From a bacterium (GTDB taxonomy: Bacteria > Patescibacteriota > Minisyncoccia > UBA6257 > WO2-44-18): DNA of 64,000 nucleotides. A program made the position numbers and the translations under genes. Positions within the stretch are counted from its first letter, which is position 1. Each line of letters begins with the position of its first letter. The stretch is from NCBI GenBank assembly GCA_030646995.1, contig JAUSKF010000005.1, forward strand, positions 11,323-75,322, written 5' to 3'. Below the pieces are notes generated by a model. That model did not search any database, was not told where the DNA came from, and saw only the letters and a list, made by a program, of their open reading frames with translations. Of the stretch, positions 62,538 through 64,000 are shown in pieces.

Positions 62538-63770
62538 ATGCTTTTCGATCTCAAAACATTGAAGCGGGCGGTCGACCAAATTGCGGAAGAAAAAGGAATT
62601 GATTCGGCCAAGATATTGGAGGCCATCGAGTCATCGATCGCCGCCGCGTATAAAAAGGAATATTGCCAGAAGGGCGAGCTGATTAAATGCAAATTTGATA
62701 TCAAAACCGGAGATATGAAATTTTGGCAGGTAAAAACCGTTGTTGATGAGACTACGGTCAGGTTCGTTGAAGAAGGAGCCGCCCCCGAAGGGGGCGAGCC
62801 TCGTCCAGTTGAAGCTGGGCGGGAGGAGGTTGGCGCCCAGGGCGAGATTTTATTGCCCAGATATAATGAAGACCGGCATATTTTGGTTGCCGATGCTCAG
62901 AAAATTAAAGATGGCTCTAAGGTTGGCGATGAATTGGAGTTCGCCTTGGTGACCAAGGAAGATTTCGGCCGTATTGCCGCGCAAACTGCCAAGCAGGTTA
63001 TTTTGCAAAGACTTCGCGAAGCGGAGCGGGACGCTATTTTGGGCGAATTTAAAACCAAAGAAGGTGAAATTGTGAGCGGCGTTGTGCAACGCTTTGACCG
63101 CGGCAATGTTTATATCGATCTTGGCCGCACCGTCGGCGTGCTTTTTTTCAACGAAACTATTCCGGGCGAACATTATCGCGCCGGAGAGCGGATGAGGTTT
63201 TATGTGACGGCAGTTCAGGCCGACGCAAAAACTCCGGGAATTATTTTATCGAGGGCCCATCCGAAATTCGTGGCCAAACTTTTTGCCATGGAGGTTCCGG
63301 AAATTAACGACGGCGTTATTGAGATTAAAGCTTTGGCCCGTGAGCCGGGGAGCCGCACCAAGATTGCCGTTATTTCTAAAGTAGATGGTGTGGATCCGGT
63401 AGGTTCCTGTGTTGGTCAGAGGGGAACTAGAGTGATGGCGGTGAGTAATGAATTGGGTCAGGAAAAATTAGACATCGTGGAATGGTCCGAAGATCCGGCA
63501 AAATTCATCACTAATTCTCTGTCTCCGGCGAAAGTGAAGGAGGTGCAGATTTTACAGAATCGCGCCGCGAAAGTTTTTATTCCGGAGGATCAGCTAAGTC
63601 TGGCAATCGGCAAGGGCGGGCAGAACGTCCGCTTGGCCGCTAAACTGACCGGATGGAAAATCGATGTCCGTTCGGCGGAAAAGCCGGAGGTTGCTCCGGA
63701 AGGAGGAGTCGCTGAAGTCGTAGAGGCCGAAAAGGCAGTTGGTGAAGGTGATGCAAAAATAGAGGCTTAA
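62538..63770 (+). CDS. nusA: Transcription factor NusA
   Basis: FGRIAAQTAKQ, AREPGSRTKIAV, DPVGSCVG.RG, SLAIGKGGQNVRLAAKLTGW. Confidence 0.97.
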   Translation: MLFDLKTLKRAVDQIAEEKGIDSAKILEAIESSIAAAYKKEYCQKGELIKCKFDIKTGDMKFWQVKTVVDETTVRFVEEGAAPEGGEPRPVEAGREEVGAQGEILLPRYNEDRHILVADAQKIKDGSKVGDELEFALVTKEDFGRIAAQTAKQVILQRLREAERDAILGEFKTKEGEIVSGVVQRFDRGNVYIDLGRTVGVLFFNETIPGEHYRAGERMRFYVTAVQADAKTPGIILSRAHPKFVAKLFAMEVPEINDGVIEIKALAREPGSRTKIAVISKVDGVDPVGSCVGQRGTRVMAVSNELGQEKLDIVEWSEDPAKFITNSLSPAKVKEVQILQNRAAKVFIPEDQLSLAIGKGGQNVRLAAKLTGWKIDVRSAEKPEVAPEGGVAEVVEAEKAVGEGDAKIEA

Positions 63771-63779
63771 TTACTAAAG

Positions 63780-63807
63780 AACTAATAACCAATAACTTAT
63801 AACTATG
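63780..63807. repeat. 7-mer array directly before hppA start
   Basis: AACTAAT AACCAAT AACTTAT AACTATG. Confidence 0.8.
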
Positions 63808-64000
63808 AACCTGTATTACTTAATATTCACTCCGGTAGCAGTAGCCATCGCTTACAGCGCCTACATTATGCTGTGGCTGAAAAAGCAGCCTTCCGGAAAC
63901 GATCAGATGCGCGCTATTTCTTTGGCGATTCAAGAAGGCTCGGCCGCTTATCTCAACCGTCAATATAAAACTATTGCTTGGGTGGCGTTGCCGGTATTTG
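63805..64000 (+). CDS. hppA: Membrane-bound H+/Na+-translocating pyrophosphatase (partial)
   Basis: G...M..IS.AIQEG..AYLNRQYKTI N-terminal signature. Confidence 0.85.
   Translation, partial: MNLYYLIFTPVAVAIAYSAYIMLWLKKQPSGNDQMRAISLAIQEGSAAYLNRQYKTIAWVALPVF

Noticed and set aside
1-64000. Alternative genetic code (UGA=Gly)
   Set aside because: Conserved genes are full length under code 11 and several end in TGA

Overview
Chromosomal segment of a Patescibacteria/CPR (Parcubacteria-like) bacterium. The assignment is inferred from compact housekeeping genes, short YebC, split PolA and IleRS with a phosphatase insertion. The backbone carries repair, translation and envelope genes (PBP1A, ruvABC, pilB-like ATPase, tsaE, split polA, mutM, holA, rpsT, uvrB, murE, Clp ATPase, infC-rpmI-rplT, arfB, ssrA, smpB, argS, ileS, trpS, rnj, tpiA, rmuC, nusA, hppA), four tRNAs and a HindVP-type restriction-modification island between ssrA and smpB. 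Several layers are not explained by this annotation. (1) A four-helix-bundle (23S-IVP/Avd-like) gene is enclosed by inverted arrays of 8-mer repeats, and related 7/8-mer arrays are scattered across the window, both in frame inside genes and directly before start codons. (2) About 20 self-contained orphan gene units share a promoter / boxA-like motif / Shine-Dalgarno / terminator layout, while housekeeping genes look leaderless. (3) Two repeated structured elements are present, one with clear covariation, along with several candidate ncRNAs and MITE-like hairpins. (4) Short palindromes are inserted in frame in many proteins. All family calls come from motif recognition by eye; no searches were run.
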